Source: Candidatus Thorarchaeota archaeon
Lineage (GTDB): Archaea; Asgardarchaeota; Thorarchaeia; Thorarchaeales; Thorarchaeaceae
DNA: 64,000 bases
Assembly (NCBI GenBank): GCA_019057475.1
Contig: DXJO01000001.1
Span: forward strand, 38,028-102,027
Reading direction: 5' to 3'
The position numbers and the translations under genes are program-made. Below are positions 1 through 9,407 of the stretch, in pieces (the first letter of the stretch is position 1; every line of letters starts with the position of its first letter). The notes beneath the pieces are model-generated. The model was not told where the DNA came from and did no database searches. It saw nothing but the letters and a program-made list of their open reading frames with translations.

Positions 1-322
1 TGTTGTCGATACCTATGACCACATCAGCGATTGGGTTCGCTGATTCCGCCTCCAGAATGGCAACTAGTGTGTTGGCGTCATCCGCACGTCTATCTATAAC
101 AACATCAACGCCGTACTTTTCCTCGAACGGGCCAAAGAAATCCGTGTCATTATTGTCCCCCCAATCCATGAAACTCCCGTATGTGTAGACAGTCAGGGTC
201 CTCTGTTGAAACGGGTTGAACATGATTGCGGCGGCAGCTGCTATGATGATGACCACAACGACCGCAGCGGCTGTGATTACTTTTTTCGGGTCGCGTCTGG
301 AGGGGTACTCAGTCATTTCCAT
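1..322 (-). CDS. thiB: Thiamine ABC transporter substrate-binding protein (runs off the window start; not in ORF track)
   Basis: Manual translation from ATG 322: MEMTEYPSRRDPKKVITAAAVVVIIIAAAAAIMFNPFQQRTLTVYTYGSF...NPIADVVIGIDN. It has an N-terminal TM anchor and the LTVYTY.SF and P.ADVVIGIDN motifs of TbpA/ThiB, and lies divergent from a ThiR-like regulator. Confidence 0.85.
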   Translation of the reverse strand, partial: MEMTEYPSRRDPKKVITAAAVVVVIIIAAAAAIMFNPFQQRTLTVYTYGSFMDWGDNNDTDFFGPFEEKYGVDVVIDRRADDANTLVAILEAESANPIADVVIGIDN

Positions 323-341
323 CGCCTTTATATTGCTGTTA

Positions 342-356
342 TACAACTGCGTTATA
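342..356. promoter_or_regulatory. Putative ThiR operator (TACAAC-N3-GTTATA imperfect palindrome)
   Basis: One-mismatch palindrome in the 75-bp spacer between divergent thiB and thiR. Confidence 0.5.
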
Positions 357-397
357 GAACGCTACCCAGATAAATAGTTTCTCTTGAGGTTGAAACC

Positions 398-1324
398 GTG
401 AGACCCCCCTGTGAGATGGTGCAGAGAGAGTTCCTTCCGTCTGTGAGGACACAGTTAGCAAGAGAGCTTAGCCAGAGAGGCCTCTCTCAAAGTGAGATTG
501 CACGGAGAATGAGCATCACACAAGCGGCTGTGAGCAAATACCTGAGCCAACCTAAGGCGAAGAGTGCACCCATTGATGAGGTTTCATCATTGGCCTGCAA
601 GTTGGCTGAGATGGCACTGTCAGACGAATTCTCAGCCGCTGATAAGATTAAGGCGATTTGTTCCACGTGTATGTTGCTACGAATTGGTTCTCATATTTGT
701 GAAAGTCACAAAAAGCGATTCAATGAGCTGAAAGAGATCGATTGTCAGATTTGTGCTGAGCTGCTGGGAGGGACTGAACCTAGGTTCTCAGGACGAGCGC
801 GTGTTATTGGCGACATGGCAGCTGCAGTTCTTGTGATAGAACAAGTGACCGGGTTTGATCGAATCATGCCTCAAGTGCGAGCGAACATAGTTGCGTGTGA
901 TGAAACCGCAAAATCGATTGATGATGTTGCAGGCGTGCCAGGAAGGATAACGATGGTGGGAGGACGGGCGCGCGTTCTTTCTGGACCTCGATTTGGAACA
1001 TCTGCTCACACCGCAGAGCTGCTTCTGTGGGCGAAGAGTTCTTGGGCAAGGGTGCGGGCTTGCCTGTGTGTGAGTGGAAATGAAAACGTAGTTCAGGCTG
1101 CCGAGTCTAACGGGTTCAAGGTTCTCAGACTCAAGAGTCCTGCAGTTGATCCAAAGCGTATCTCAAGCGCAGCCACTCGTCTTGTCAAGGCACAGAAGCG
1201 AGTTCCGCGATTGCCAGCGCTCCATGTTCCCGGCGGCGTTGGTGTTGAGCCTATCCTCTATCTATTCGGAAAGGATGCGATTTCTCTTGCTAATCATTGC
1301 GTTGATCTTATTGAGGCTCTCTAG
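398..1324 (+). CDS. thiR: ThiR-type transcriptional regulator (HTH plus ThiN-like thiamine-phosphate-binding domain)
   Basis: N-terminal MRPPCE...LSQSEIARRMSITQAAVSKYL HTH; C-terminal ThiN-like motifs (PQVRANI, DVAGVPGRI, P.FG.S.H.A, GGVGVEPILYLFG). Confidence 0.88.
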   Translation: MRPPCEMVQREFLPSVRTQLARELSQRGLSQSEIARRMSITQAAVSKYLSQPKAKSAPIDEVSSLACKLAEMALSDEFSAADKIKAICSTCMLLRIGSHICESHKKRFNELKEIDCQICAELLGGTEPRFSGRARVIGDMAAAVLVIEQVTGFDRIMPQVRANIVACDETAKSIDDVAGVPGRITMVGGRARVLSGPRFGTSAHTAELLLWAKSSWARVRACLCVSGNENVVQAAESNGFKVLRLKSPAVDPKRISSAATRLVKAQKRVPRLPALHVPGGVGVEPILYLFGKDAISLANHCVDLIEAL

Positions 1325-1418
1325 GGTAGATTGATGATTCACATTCAAACCTGTGTTACACAGCCTTATTTTGCGACTCCAGCACTGGAGCCTTGTACAC
1401 TTCCAAGGGAGTTCATCA

Positions 1419-2267
1419 ATGCTAACTATCCGACAGGGCGGCATGCGCGATTGCAAAGATCTCCTAGACGTATTCATGAGCACACATTGGACTAAGAAAT
1501 ACACCACTGTTGAGCAAGTGAAGTCAGCCCATCGAGGGATTGCCTTCCAAAAATGGGGCTGGCTAGTAGCTGAAGTGAAAGACCGTGTTGTTGGTGAAGT
1601 TCTATTCCGTGTTGAGAAGAATCCCGTGGTTGGACGGATTGGCATCATAACTGACATAGGAGTCGATGTACGGTATCAGAAGAAAGGGATTGGTACGAAG
1701 CTGGTGGCAGCTGCCGAGAGCGCACTCAAAGACAAGAAGGCTAGTCGTTTGGTTGCTACTTCGCCTCCAGATGTTTACAACTTCTGGATGAAGATGAAAT
1801 GGTTCGCAAGGGGTTCTTTGATGGATATTGAGGCTTCGCCCTCGAAGATACCTATCAAGAATACAACAAAAGTTCGCACGATGTGTCTTGAGAATGTCAC
1901 GAAGCTCCCGAAGTCAATGCTGTTTTCCAATGTAGCATATCCCGGTTTGCTTGCAGAAACCGCAAGCGCAGTCGTTGATGGTGGACGACGGGGTGAGCTT
2001 TTCGAGTTCTATTCTGAGGACGCTCTCGTCGGCGTGGGCGTCTGCGCAGACTACGGGGACAGGACAGCCATGTTTGTGGCAGACATCACTGTGAGTGGGG
2101 CGCAGTACTTTGATGTTATCATATCTCGAATTGCTAGAGTAGCCCTTCAGTTGAAGGCGCGAACTGTTACATCGACAATCCCAAGCGACAAGGTCCAATC
2201 CTATGGGGGCCGCACTCATTGGTCTTCTCGCCTTGCTAGAAACATCCCAATCACGAAACTAATCTGA
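1419..2267 (+). CDS. GNAT family N-acetyltransferase (two-domain)
   Basis: Acetyl-CoA motif VDVRYQKKGIGTKLV; likely start is ATG 1419 (MLTIRQGG). Confidence 0.8.
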   Translation: MLTIRQGGMRDCKDLLDVFMSTHWTKKYTTVEQVKSAHRGIAFQKWGWLVAEVKDRVVGEVLFRVEKNPVVGRIGIITDIGVDVRYQKKGIGTKLVAAAESALKDKKASRLVATSPPDVYNFWMKMKWFARGSLMDIEASPSKIPIKNTTKVRTMCLENVTKLPKSMLFSNVAYPGLLAETASAVVDGGRRGELFEFYSEDALVGVGVCADYGDRTAMFVADITVSGAQYFDVIISRIARVALQLKARTVTSTIPSDKVQSYGGRTHWSSRLARNIPITKLI

Positions 2268-3830
2268 TTCGTCTATCACAAATGGAATTGTCCAGTTTGC
2301 AAAGATAAGCGCAATACCAATTGCCCAGATACTGCTCAGATTGAAATGCCACACCATCAATGGATATGTTGTCACACCAAGAGCGAGAAATACCACTGCA
2401 ATCACGATAATGAAGATCAAGTCCACGATTAGGACTGGCTTGATTGGTTGACCATTCTTCTTACGCAGTATAGGTATGAAAGCAGCAATTCCAAGGAGAA
2501 GAAGCAAACTACCAATCTCCTCAATCCGGATTGAAGCAAAACCGAATTTCTTCTCGACCTCTCCTTTCTCTCCTTCATCGGTGGTGATGACAACCTTAAC
2601 ATCGTGCTCGAACTTTGTGTAATTGCCCACATCAATGAGGAAAGTGTTCTGGCCGGCTGTTACTGTGATGCTCACGAGACCAGCAACTTCATCTCCATCA
2701 ACATAAACAGTCATATTGACTGTGTCCCAAGTCGTGGTGATGTTCACCGTGAACTCAGTAAGACCCACAACCATCTGCTCTGAGCCAATGAATTCTACAA
2801 TAGGCACACCGTGATTGTCTACAACAAGAGCCAACAAGGTTTCGTATTTGTGTCCCAACTGATCATAGGCCTTGAACGTGAAGTTGTGCTCTCCCTCTGA
2901 GTAACCAGTTGTATTGAGGTAGAAGGCTGACCTTCCCGCGGGAACCGTGATATTTGCTACATCGGGGGCTATTATGTCATCAACAAGTACTGAAAATGTT
3001 ACATTTTCGAAAGGAGTTTCCACAACAACCTCGACCTCAGCATTTCCTGAAATCGCGTCATAGTGTGCAAGACCTCTCACAAAGAAGAATACATAGTCGA
3101 GGAAGTAATAGCTTCTTGTTATCGAAACCTCAAGCCCTTCTTCGGTGTATATCGCAATCCCAATATCGAAGATGCCGTTTTCGTAGCGACTACAATTGAT
3201 AGTCAGGTTCCTCAGTCCCACGGAAACCAGGGTTTGATTGTATTCCTGTGTTATCTCATCATTGACAGTGACGTTAACAAAGACTTGAGAATAGTCTGAC
3301 GAGACGTTGACTAACAGGTCTGAAAGGCCCGTAAGCGTAGAATCCGCTTCCGGCCCTATCAATTCAAGAGTCGGTGGGCCATGGTTATCGACGGTGAACA
3401 CCAATGTGTAGCTCTCTCTATCTGGTGGCGTAAAGGTTTCATTCTCAAACAGCATGGTGAAGTTTAGTTTCCCCTCAGACAAGATTGTCGTGTTTACCGT
3501 GATGTTGTTTAATCCGGTGCCTATGAGGGTCTGATTGTAGTCAGCATGGATCTCTCCCTCTATGAATAGGGTGAGATTTAATGGACCATTGACAGAGGTG
3601 ATATTGACTGTCATATTGAACGTACCAGACACGGTGCTTTGGTTTGCTATGTTTGAGAGAGTAATGGAGATATTCTTTGATTCAAAGCCCGCCCTAATCA
3701 TTGACTGTGATGAGAATCCAATTCCAGTTAGACCTTCAGTGTCCGACTCTGCCAAAGGCTGCATTCGGATTGATCCAACGATCAATGCTGATATAATTAT
3801 GAGCGCTAGTAGTGTACTTGTCTTTCTCAT
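2259..3830 (-). CDS. Membrane-anchored surface protein with repeated Ig-like domains
   Basis: Signal peptide, about four internal repeats (VDNHG.P motif twice), many N-x-S/T sequons, three C-terminal TM helices. Confidence 0.7.
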   Translation of the reverse strand: MRKTSTLLALIIISALIVGSIRMQPLAESDTEGLTGIGFSSQSMIRAGFESKNISITLSNIANQSTVSGTFNMTVNITSVNGPLNLTLFIEGEIHADYNQTLIGTGLNNITVNTTILSEGKLNFTMLFENETFTPPDRESYTLVFTVDNHGPPTLELIGPEADSTLTGLSDLLVNVSSDYSQVFVNVTVNDEITQEYNQTLVSVGLRNLTINCSRYENGIFDIGIAIYTEEGLEVSITRSYYFLDYVFFFVRGLAHYDAISGNAEVEVVVETPFENVTFSVLVDDIIAPDVANITVPAGRSAFYLNTTGYSEGEHNFTFKAYDQLGHKYETLLALVVDNHGVPIVEFIGSEQMVVGLTEFTVNITTTWDTVNMTVYVDGDEVAGLVSITVTAGQNTFLIDVGNYTKFEHDVKVVITTDEGEKGEVEKKFGFASIRIEEIGSLLLLLGIAAFIPILRKKNGQPIKPVLIVDLIFIIVIAVVFLALGVTTYPLMVWHFNLSSIWAIGIALIFANWTIPFVIDESD

Positions 3831-3916
3831 CGTAGAGCCTTCCTGACAAACAGTGACCTGAAGTCGGGCCGTTGGGCCAGAGTTCTGAGTCCGTTTTTAA
3901 AGATAGCGCCAGTTTC

Positions 3917-3932
3917 ATAGTCGTACAACTAT
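3917..3932. promoter_or_regulatory. Putative operator upstream of the glycyl-radical enzyme operon
   Basis: ATAGTCGTACAACTAT is a 16-bp palindrome with one mismatched pair, 55 bp upstream of ATG 3987. Confidence 0.45.
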
Positions 3933-3986
3933 ATTGTTATAGGGCACTAGTCACGGAATTTATCGAACTCAACCGTGGTGTAGCAG

Positions 3987-6389
3987 ATGACTGTTGGCAA
4001 CGATGAAGCAGCTTCCATAGATGTATGGTCGCATTCCAAGAAGCTCTCTTCAAGAGTGAAGAAGCTGCGGGGACAATTCTACTCCTTTGATGAACGAACT
4101 GAAACGAACGAGCCTTACGCGTTCTCAACAGGGACTCCCTGGGACCACGTGTACTCATTCCATGATTGGGCAAACGAGCCAGCCTTCTACATATTTCGGG
4201 CATCTATTAGGGAATCCCTCAGCGCTATGGCAGTTGACCTCGAACTACCCGATGATTTCTGGGATCACACACTGCCAATGCGCAGAGCTATTGTGTTCCA
4301 TGAAGCAATGACGCACTACATGCCCACTCTCATCCTCGATGGTGAGATGATAGTAGGCTTTCATTTCAATACGGCTCTCTCAAGGGCATTGAATAAGAGA
4401 GAGGCGAAAAAACGGAATAAGGAGATGAATAAGTGGTTCAAGAAGGCCAGCCGTCTCAACGAGTTCGGCGTGGGGACTGCAAGTGCCACTCCTGGACACA
4501 TCATTCCCAACTACGCGAAGGTCCTTCGAGTGGGTTTCCGTGGTTTGGTGGATGAGTACGAGAATATACTGAAACAGCCAATCTCCTCTGAACACAGGGA
4601 GTTCGTTAAGGCACTTATTCTAACATGCAAAACGGCACGTGCTGTCAACCGGAGATATGCCAAGGAATCTCAAAAATTAGCTGGGGTCGAGTCCGATTCG
4701 CTGCGCAAGGAGGAGCTTGAGGAGATCGCACGCATCTGCAACAAAGTACCTTGGGAGCCTGCGGAGACCTTCTGGGAAGCTTTGCAGTCACTATGGACAA
4801 CCCACATGCTCGTGATGGCCGCGGAATCTTATCCTGGTGCAGGACTCTCACATGGCAGATGGGACCAGTACATGTATCCCTACTACCGTGCAACCATCGA
4901 ATCCGGAGAGATGACTCGCGAAGAGGCCAAGGAGCTAATGGAGTGCTACTGGATAAAGCACAACTATGTGTATGACTTCCAAGGAAGCCTCGGAATTAAC
5001 CAAGGAATCAACTCTGGTTTCGGACAGCTAATAACTCTGAGTGGTTGTGGACCGAATGGCGAAGATATGACAAATGACTTGACCTGGCTTGCTCTTGAGG
5101 TAATCGATGAGATGAATCTTCTCGAGCCCAAACCTAACATCCGCTTGCACAAGAATACTCCACAGGAGTTCCTTCTGCGCGTCGCTGAGATGGTCGCAAA
5201 GGCTCAGGGTTCACCGTTCCTCATGAACTTCGATGAACACAGCATTGAAGGAATGGTCTGGCAAGGGGTACCACGAGAAGAGGCTTGGGATTACGGTATT
5301 GTTGGCTGTCTTGAGAACACAATGCAAGGGAACGATCGATCTGGAACTGTGGACGTAAACATCAACCTTGCCAAGGCTGTTGAGCTTGCGCTGAATAATG
5401 GCAAGGATGTTGCTACGGGAAAGCAGGTGGGTCCCAAGACTGGTGATCCATTGAAGTTTACATCTTTTGAAGACTTCATGGCAGCAGTGAAGAAACAGCT
5501 GGCCCACACAGTCAAACTTCTGATTGACTGCGGCAACATGGCTGATACGCTTCGGGCGAAGTATCAGCCAGTTCCATATCTGAGTGCTCTCATGGATGGC
5601 TGTGCCGCGCGCGGGAGGGATGTAAACCAAGGTGGAACGGACTGGAACTTCATAACATTGGAAGGAATGGGCATCGCTACTTTGACAGACTCAGTCGCTG
5701 CAGTCAAGAAGATGGTCTATGAAGATAAACGTCTAACGATGGAGCATCTACTCAAGGCACTTGAGGCTAATTTTGAAGGCTTTGAGGAAACACGGCAACT
5801 CTTGAAGTCGAAGGCTCCTAGATTCGGCAATGATGATGACTACGCAGACTCGATTGCACAAGAGCTTACAACGTTTTGGGCTGAAGAAACCTTCAAGCGC
5901 AGTAATCCCTATACTGGTCGGAGATACCGTGCTGGCTATCTTAGCTGGAACTACTACATCCCTCTTGCTCCTTTGACTGCCGCTACTCCGGATGGGCGTC
6001 GCCGAGGCGAATTTCTCTCTGGTGGCGTTGGCGCCGTTCAGGGGATGGACACGAGGGGTCCCACCGCATCAATACAATCTGTGGGCAAGCTAGGTCTCGA
6101 AGTGGTTCCGAATGGTGCATCTCATACAATTACAATCAGTCCCTCCATGGTCCAAACCCGCGAGCATATTGAAAAGCTGGCTGCGCTCCTAAGAGCGTAC
6201 AACGAAGTAGGTGGCACAGCGCTGCAAATCAACGTTATCGATGCAGAAACTCTTAGGGATGCACAGAAGAACCCTGACCAGTATTCAAATCTGCTAATCC
6301 GCGTGACTGGATACAATGCTTTCTTCACTCAAATAGGACGAGAGCTTCAAGCGGAAATCATTGCGAGAACGGAGCATACTGTGCAATGA
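3987..6389 (+). CDS. Glycyl-radical enzyme (PFL superfamily, not canonical PFL; substrate unknown)
   Basis: Glycyl-radical loop LLIRVTGYNAFF, single-Cys loop GIVGCLE, PAETFWEALQ, GRWDQY, ATPDGR; 800 aa. Confidence 0.95.
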   Translation: MTVGNDEAASIDVWSHSKKLSSRVKKLRGQFYSFDERTETNEPYAFSTGTPWDHVYSFHDWANEPAFYIFRASIRESLSAMAVDLELPDDFWDHTLPMRRAIVFHEAMTHYMPTLILDGEMIVGFHFNTALSRALNKREAKKRNKEMNKWFKKASRLNEFGVGTASATPGHIIPNYAKVLRVGFRGLVDEYENILKQPISSEHREFVKALILTCKTARAVNRRYAKESQKLAGVESDSLRKEELEEIARICNKVPWEPAETFWEALQSLWTTHMLVMAAESYPGAGLSHGRWDQYMYPYYRATIESGEMTREEAKELMECYWIKHNYVYDFQGSLGINQGINSGFGQLITLSGCGPNGEDMTNDLTWLALEVIDEMNLLEPKPNIRLHKNTPQEFLLRVAEMVAKAQGSPFLMNFDEHSIEGMVWQGVPREEAWDYGIVGCLENTMQGNDRSGTVDVNINLAKAVELALNNGKDVATGKQVGPKTGDPLKFTSFEDFMAAVKKQLAHTVKLLIDCGNMADTLRAKYQPVPYLSALMDGCAARGRDVNQGGTDWNFITLEGMGIATLTDSVAAVKKMVYEDKRLTMEHLLKALEANFEGFEETRQLLKSKAPRFGNDDDYADSIAQELTTFWAEETFKRSNPYTGRRYRAGYLSWNYYIPLAPLTAATPDGRRRGEFLSGGVGAVQGMDTRGPTASIQSVGKLGLEVVPNGASHTITISPSMVQTREHIEKLAALLRAYNEVGGTALQINVIDAETLRDAQKNPDQYSNLLIRVTGYNAFFTQIGRELQAEIIARTEHTVQ

Positions 6390-7369
6390 CTACAACAAGT
6401 GGTATCATTACCAATATCCAAAGATGCTCCACGGAGGACGGTCCAGGTATTAGGACAACTGTCTTCATGAAGGGCTGTCCCCTTCGCTGTAGCTGGTGTC
6501 ACAATATCGAAACAATCAATGCTGAACCGCAGATTGTCTGGTATGCTTCGAAGTGCATCGGGGATGAAGCGTGTATCGAAGCTTGCTTGCAGGAGGTTCT
6601 ACAGCTCACACCTGAAGGTATGCAGATTAGCCGCGCGAATTGCATTGCGTGTGGAAGTTGTGTGAGTGCTTGCCCCACGGGCGCGATTAAACTAATGGGC
6701 GAAACTTGGGATGCCACTGCATTAGTTGAGGAGCTCATCCGTGACAAAACGTTCTTTGAAACCTCTGGCGGCGGTGTAACGATATCCGGAGGGGAACCCG
6801 CTTACCAGGCTGACTTCGTCACAGAAATAGCTTCAGGTCTAAGAGAGAAAGGCATCCATGTTGCCTTGGATACCTGCGGATACTGCAGCGAGAATGTGAT
6901 GGAGAAAATGCTTGAACATGTTGACATGGTGCTGTACGATCTGAAGCAAATGGATCCAGCGAAGCATGAGGAGTACACCGGTGTACCATTGGAAAAAGTA
7001 CTGCAAAACGCTCGCCAAGTAGCATCAAGCGGAAAAACCATGTGGGTTCGAACTCCCGTCATTCCTGGTCACACTGAAAGCACAGATAATATCCGTGCCA
7101 TCGCAGATTTCATTGTCAAGGAGTTGCCCAATGCAGAACGATACGATCTTCTCGCGTTCAACAAGATGTGCCTTGACAAGTACGCACTGTTTGGCCTTGA
7201 GTACCCCTTGAAGGATTATGACCTAATGAGCGAGGACGCAATGAGCAAGCTCTGTTCAATCGCTACAGATCGGGGTGTGTCGAACGTACACTGGTCCGGA
7301 ATGACAAAGCATGAGTCCGGTAAGAAATCGATGACTATTCCAAACAAGGAGGTCAATCGCTGTGGTTGA
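6386..7369 (+). CDS. Glycyl-radical enzyme activating enzyme (radical SAM with ferredoxin insert)
   Basis: DGPGIRTTVFMKGCPLRCSWCHN, auxiliary CIGDEACIEAC and CIACGSCVSACP, GGVTISGGEP; overlaps the GRE stop (ATGA). Confidence 0.95.
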   Translation: MTTTSGIITNIQRCSTEDGPGIRTTVFMKGCPLRCSWCHNIETINAEPQIVWYASKCIGDEACIEACLQEVLQLTPEGMQISRANCIACGSCVSACPTGAIKLMGETWDATALVEELIRDKTFFETSGGGVTISGGEPAYQADFVTEIASGLREKGIHVALDTCGYCSENVMEKMLEHVDMVLYDLKQMDPAKHEEYTGVPLEKVLQNARQVASSGKTMWVRTPVIPGHTESTDNIRAIADFIVKELPNAERYDLLAFNKMCLDKYALFGLEYPLKDYDLMSEDAMSKLCSIATDRGVSNVHWSGMTKHESGKKSMTIPNKEVNRCG

Positions 7370-8189
7370 AATACTGTCCGAAGAGCTAGTTGAAACATTG
7401 AAACCTCTTTTGAACCCCAAGTTTATGGCGACCAAAGATAACACTGGCGAGCCCAATATTGCTCTAGTCCTGTCGTGGACTATATACTCCGACGGTAAGA
7501 GGCTCGTTTACGGCGAGTTCATGAATAATAAGACTAGAAAAAATCTTGAGGCCGGCAATAATGAGATTGGACTTCTAGTGATGAATACTGACCTTGATAA
7601 TTGGATGATTCGGGCTGATTTCGAGTCGTATCACAGGAATGACGAAATCTACGAGTTCATGGTAATGACGCCGCTCTTCAAATACAATCAGTATACAAGT
7701 GCACGTTCGGTTGGCGTGGCACACCCTCTATGGTCCAGTCCCAACTATAGATTCTCAAAGCCGTCAGTCTTGTCGTCATACGTCAAGGCGAAGCTAGCCG
7801 CTAGAAAGATTCCGACAGCTAAGACCGATGAAGGCAACATGCCTAGGAATGTCATGGAGCGTTTCAGCCGGATGGTAGCAGTAAAGGCGATTGCATTTGT
7901 GGAGGATGATGGCTATCTCTCGTTGTTCCCTTCATTTGGCATTGTCCCGGTATCTTCGAATCGACTTGTTGTGCATAGAAGCGAGGAGAAACGAAGGGGA
8001 TTTGAACTCAAGGATGATCAACGAGTAGCAGTATCACTCGCTACACTTGAACCGGCAGCATTTCAAGTGAAGGGTACGTTTAGAGTGATTAGTGATAGCG
8101 TTGGCGTTATTGATCTAGACCGAGTTTATGCCTGTTCACTTCCTCGACCGGGCGTGAGGGTGGATCTTCCAATGTTAGAGCGGGTTTAG
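7362..8189 (+). CDS. Tandem pyridoxamine 5'-phosphate oxidase-like (FMN-binding split-barrel) protein
   Basis: Two repeats: KFMATKDNTGEPNI...KTRKNL and KAIAFVEDDGY...AFQVKGTF; overlaps the activase by 8 nt. Confidence 0.7.
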   Translation: MVEILSEELVETLKPLLNPKFMATKDNTGEPNIALVLSWTIYSDGKRLVYGEFMNNKTRKNLEAGNNEIGLLVMNTDLDNWMIRADFESYHRNDEIYEFMVMTPLFKYNQYTSARSVGVAHPLWSSPNYRFSKPSVLSSYVKAKLAARKIPTAKTDEGNMPRNVMERFSRMVAVKAIAFVEDDGYLSLFPSFGIVPVSSNRLVVHRSEEKRRGFELKDDQRVAVSLATLEPAAFQVKGTFRVISDSVGVIDLDRVYACSLPRPGVRVDLPMLERV

Positions 8190-8265
8190 CTACTTGACAT
8201 GAGAGCTTCGTCACACAGCAATCCTTTTTTGTCTGGCCAAATGGCACGCGAGCGGAGGTTCTCTC

Positions 8266-8799
8266 ATGAAGCCAACTCAGTTGGAGTCCAAGGATGGCAG
8301 AATAATAACCACACGCCATGCCAATCCAAAAGACGCAAGAGACCTTCATAGTGGCTTTCGGCAGGTAGTCGAGGAGGGGTTGTGGCTACCTACCCTTGCA
8401 CCCAACGCGTCTGTTGATGATTGGGTGACCTGGATTCAGCGCACTCATCATTGCAGAGAGGTTCTGCTAGTTGCGCATGTGGATGGTTTGTATGCCGGGC
8501 ACCTGACGCTTCAGCCAGAAGAGTGGACCGCATCGCAGCACGTTGCTAAGTTGGGAATCATAGTTCTCAGCGATTTCCGGAGTATAGGTGTGGGTCGGGC
8601 GCTAATGCTCGAAGCGGAAACTGCCGCTGTCAAAAGGGCCTTTGAGAAAATTGTTCTAAGCACCTTCGAGAGTAATTCGATGGCTTTGTCACTCTACGAG
8701 TCACTCGGTTATCGAATTGTGGGGCGAAGAGCGCGTCATTTCAGGATGCCGAAAGGCTTTATCGATGAAGTGCTTATGGAAAAGGCGTTAGACGTCTAA
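8266..8799 (+). CDS. GNAT family N-acetyltransferase
   Basis: LGIIVLSDFRSIGVGRALM, N..A.SLYESLGY, DEVLMEK. Confidence 0.9.
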   Translation: MKPTQLESKDGRIITTRHANPKDARDLHSGFRQVVEEGLWLPTLAPNASVDDWVTWIQRTHHCREVLLVAHVDGLYAGHLTLQPEEWTASQHVAKLGIIVLSDFRSIGVGRALMLEAETAAVKRAFEKIVLSTFESNSMALSLYESLGYRIVGRRARHFRMPKGFIDEVLMEKALDV

Positions 8800-8825
8800 T
8801 TTGACGTTTTGAGGATGCCGTACCT

Positions 8826-9335
8826 ATGTGGCAGCAGATTGTCGAGCGTTTCAATGATATGCCTCTCAGGCTGAAAGTTGCAAGAGCGTTGATTTGTCAC
8901 GGTTTCCACATCGAAGCCCCGGGAGTTATCAAATGCATGGACGTGCGAATACCTCTCAAGGCGATAGGTGACGCGCTAGATGTGGACCGGCGAACCGTTC
9001 GCGCAACAACTGAGGATGTCTGCAATGACGAGGCCATCTTCAAGTTCTTCTCCCTAATTCGTCCAGCAGGAGCATCGCTTGAGAAGGTGGCGAAGCTTCT
9101 GGGATACGGGGTCGTGACAATCTACGTAGAGAGTCCTGAGGACCCCGGTATTCTATCACAGGTTACCTCAACCATATCGGGTCATGGTGTTTCGATACGC
9201 CAAGTGCTAGCTGAGGATGCTGCCATTTGCGAAGAAGCCTGTTTGAAGGTCGTGACTGAAGAGCCAATGAAAGGGGCCGCGATAGAGGCGCTGGCTTCCA
9301 TACCAGGAGTCAACCGCGTGATTATCGAAAGATAG
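8826..9335 (+). CDS. Archaeal ACT-domain regulator of amino acid metabolism (COG2150-like)
   Basis: MW..I...F start, IGDALDVDRRTV HTH-like segment, C-terminal ACT domain (PGILSQVTSTISGHGVSIRQV). Confidence 0.85.
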   Translation: MWQQIVERFNDMPLRLKVARALICHGFHIEAPGVIKCMDVRIPLKAIGDALDVDRRTVRATTEDVCNDEAIFKFFSLIRPAGASLEKVAKLLGYGVVTIYVESPEDPGILSQVTSTISGHGVSIRQVLAEDAAICEEACLKVVTEEPMKGAAIEALASIPGVNRVIIER

Positions 9336-9407
9336 TCGGTCACTCAACATCCGATTTGGGAAAGATGAAAAGGCATATGACGCGCTCCACGGAGAGCGTC
9401 TAGTCCC

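Noticed and set aside
3987-6389. Annotation as pyruvate formate-lyase or choline TMA-lyase
   Set aside because: It lacks the Cys-Cys pair of PFL and the CutC-type GCVEP context and companion genes.
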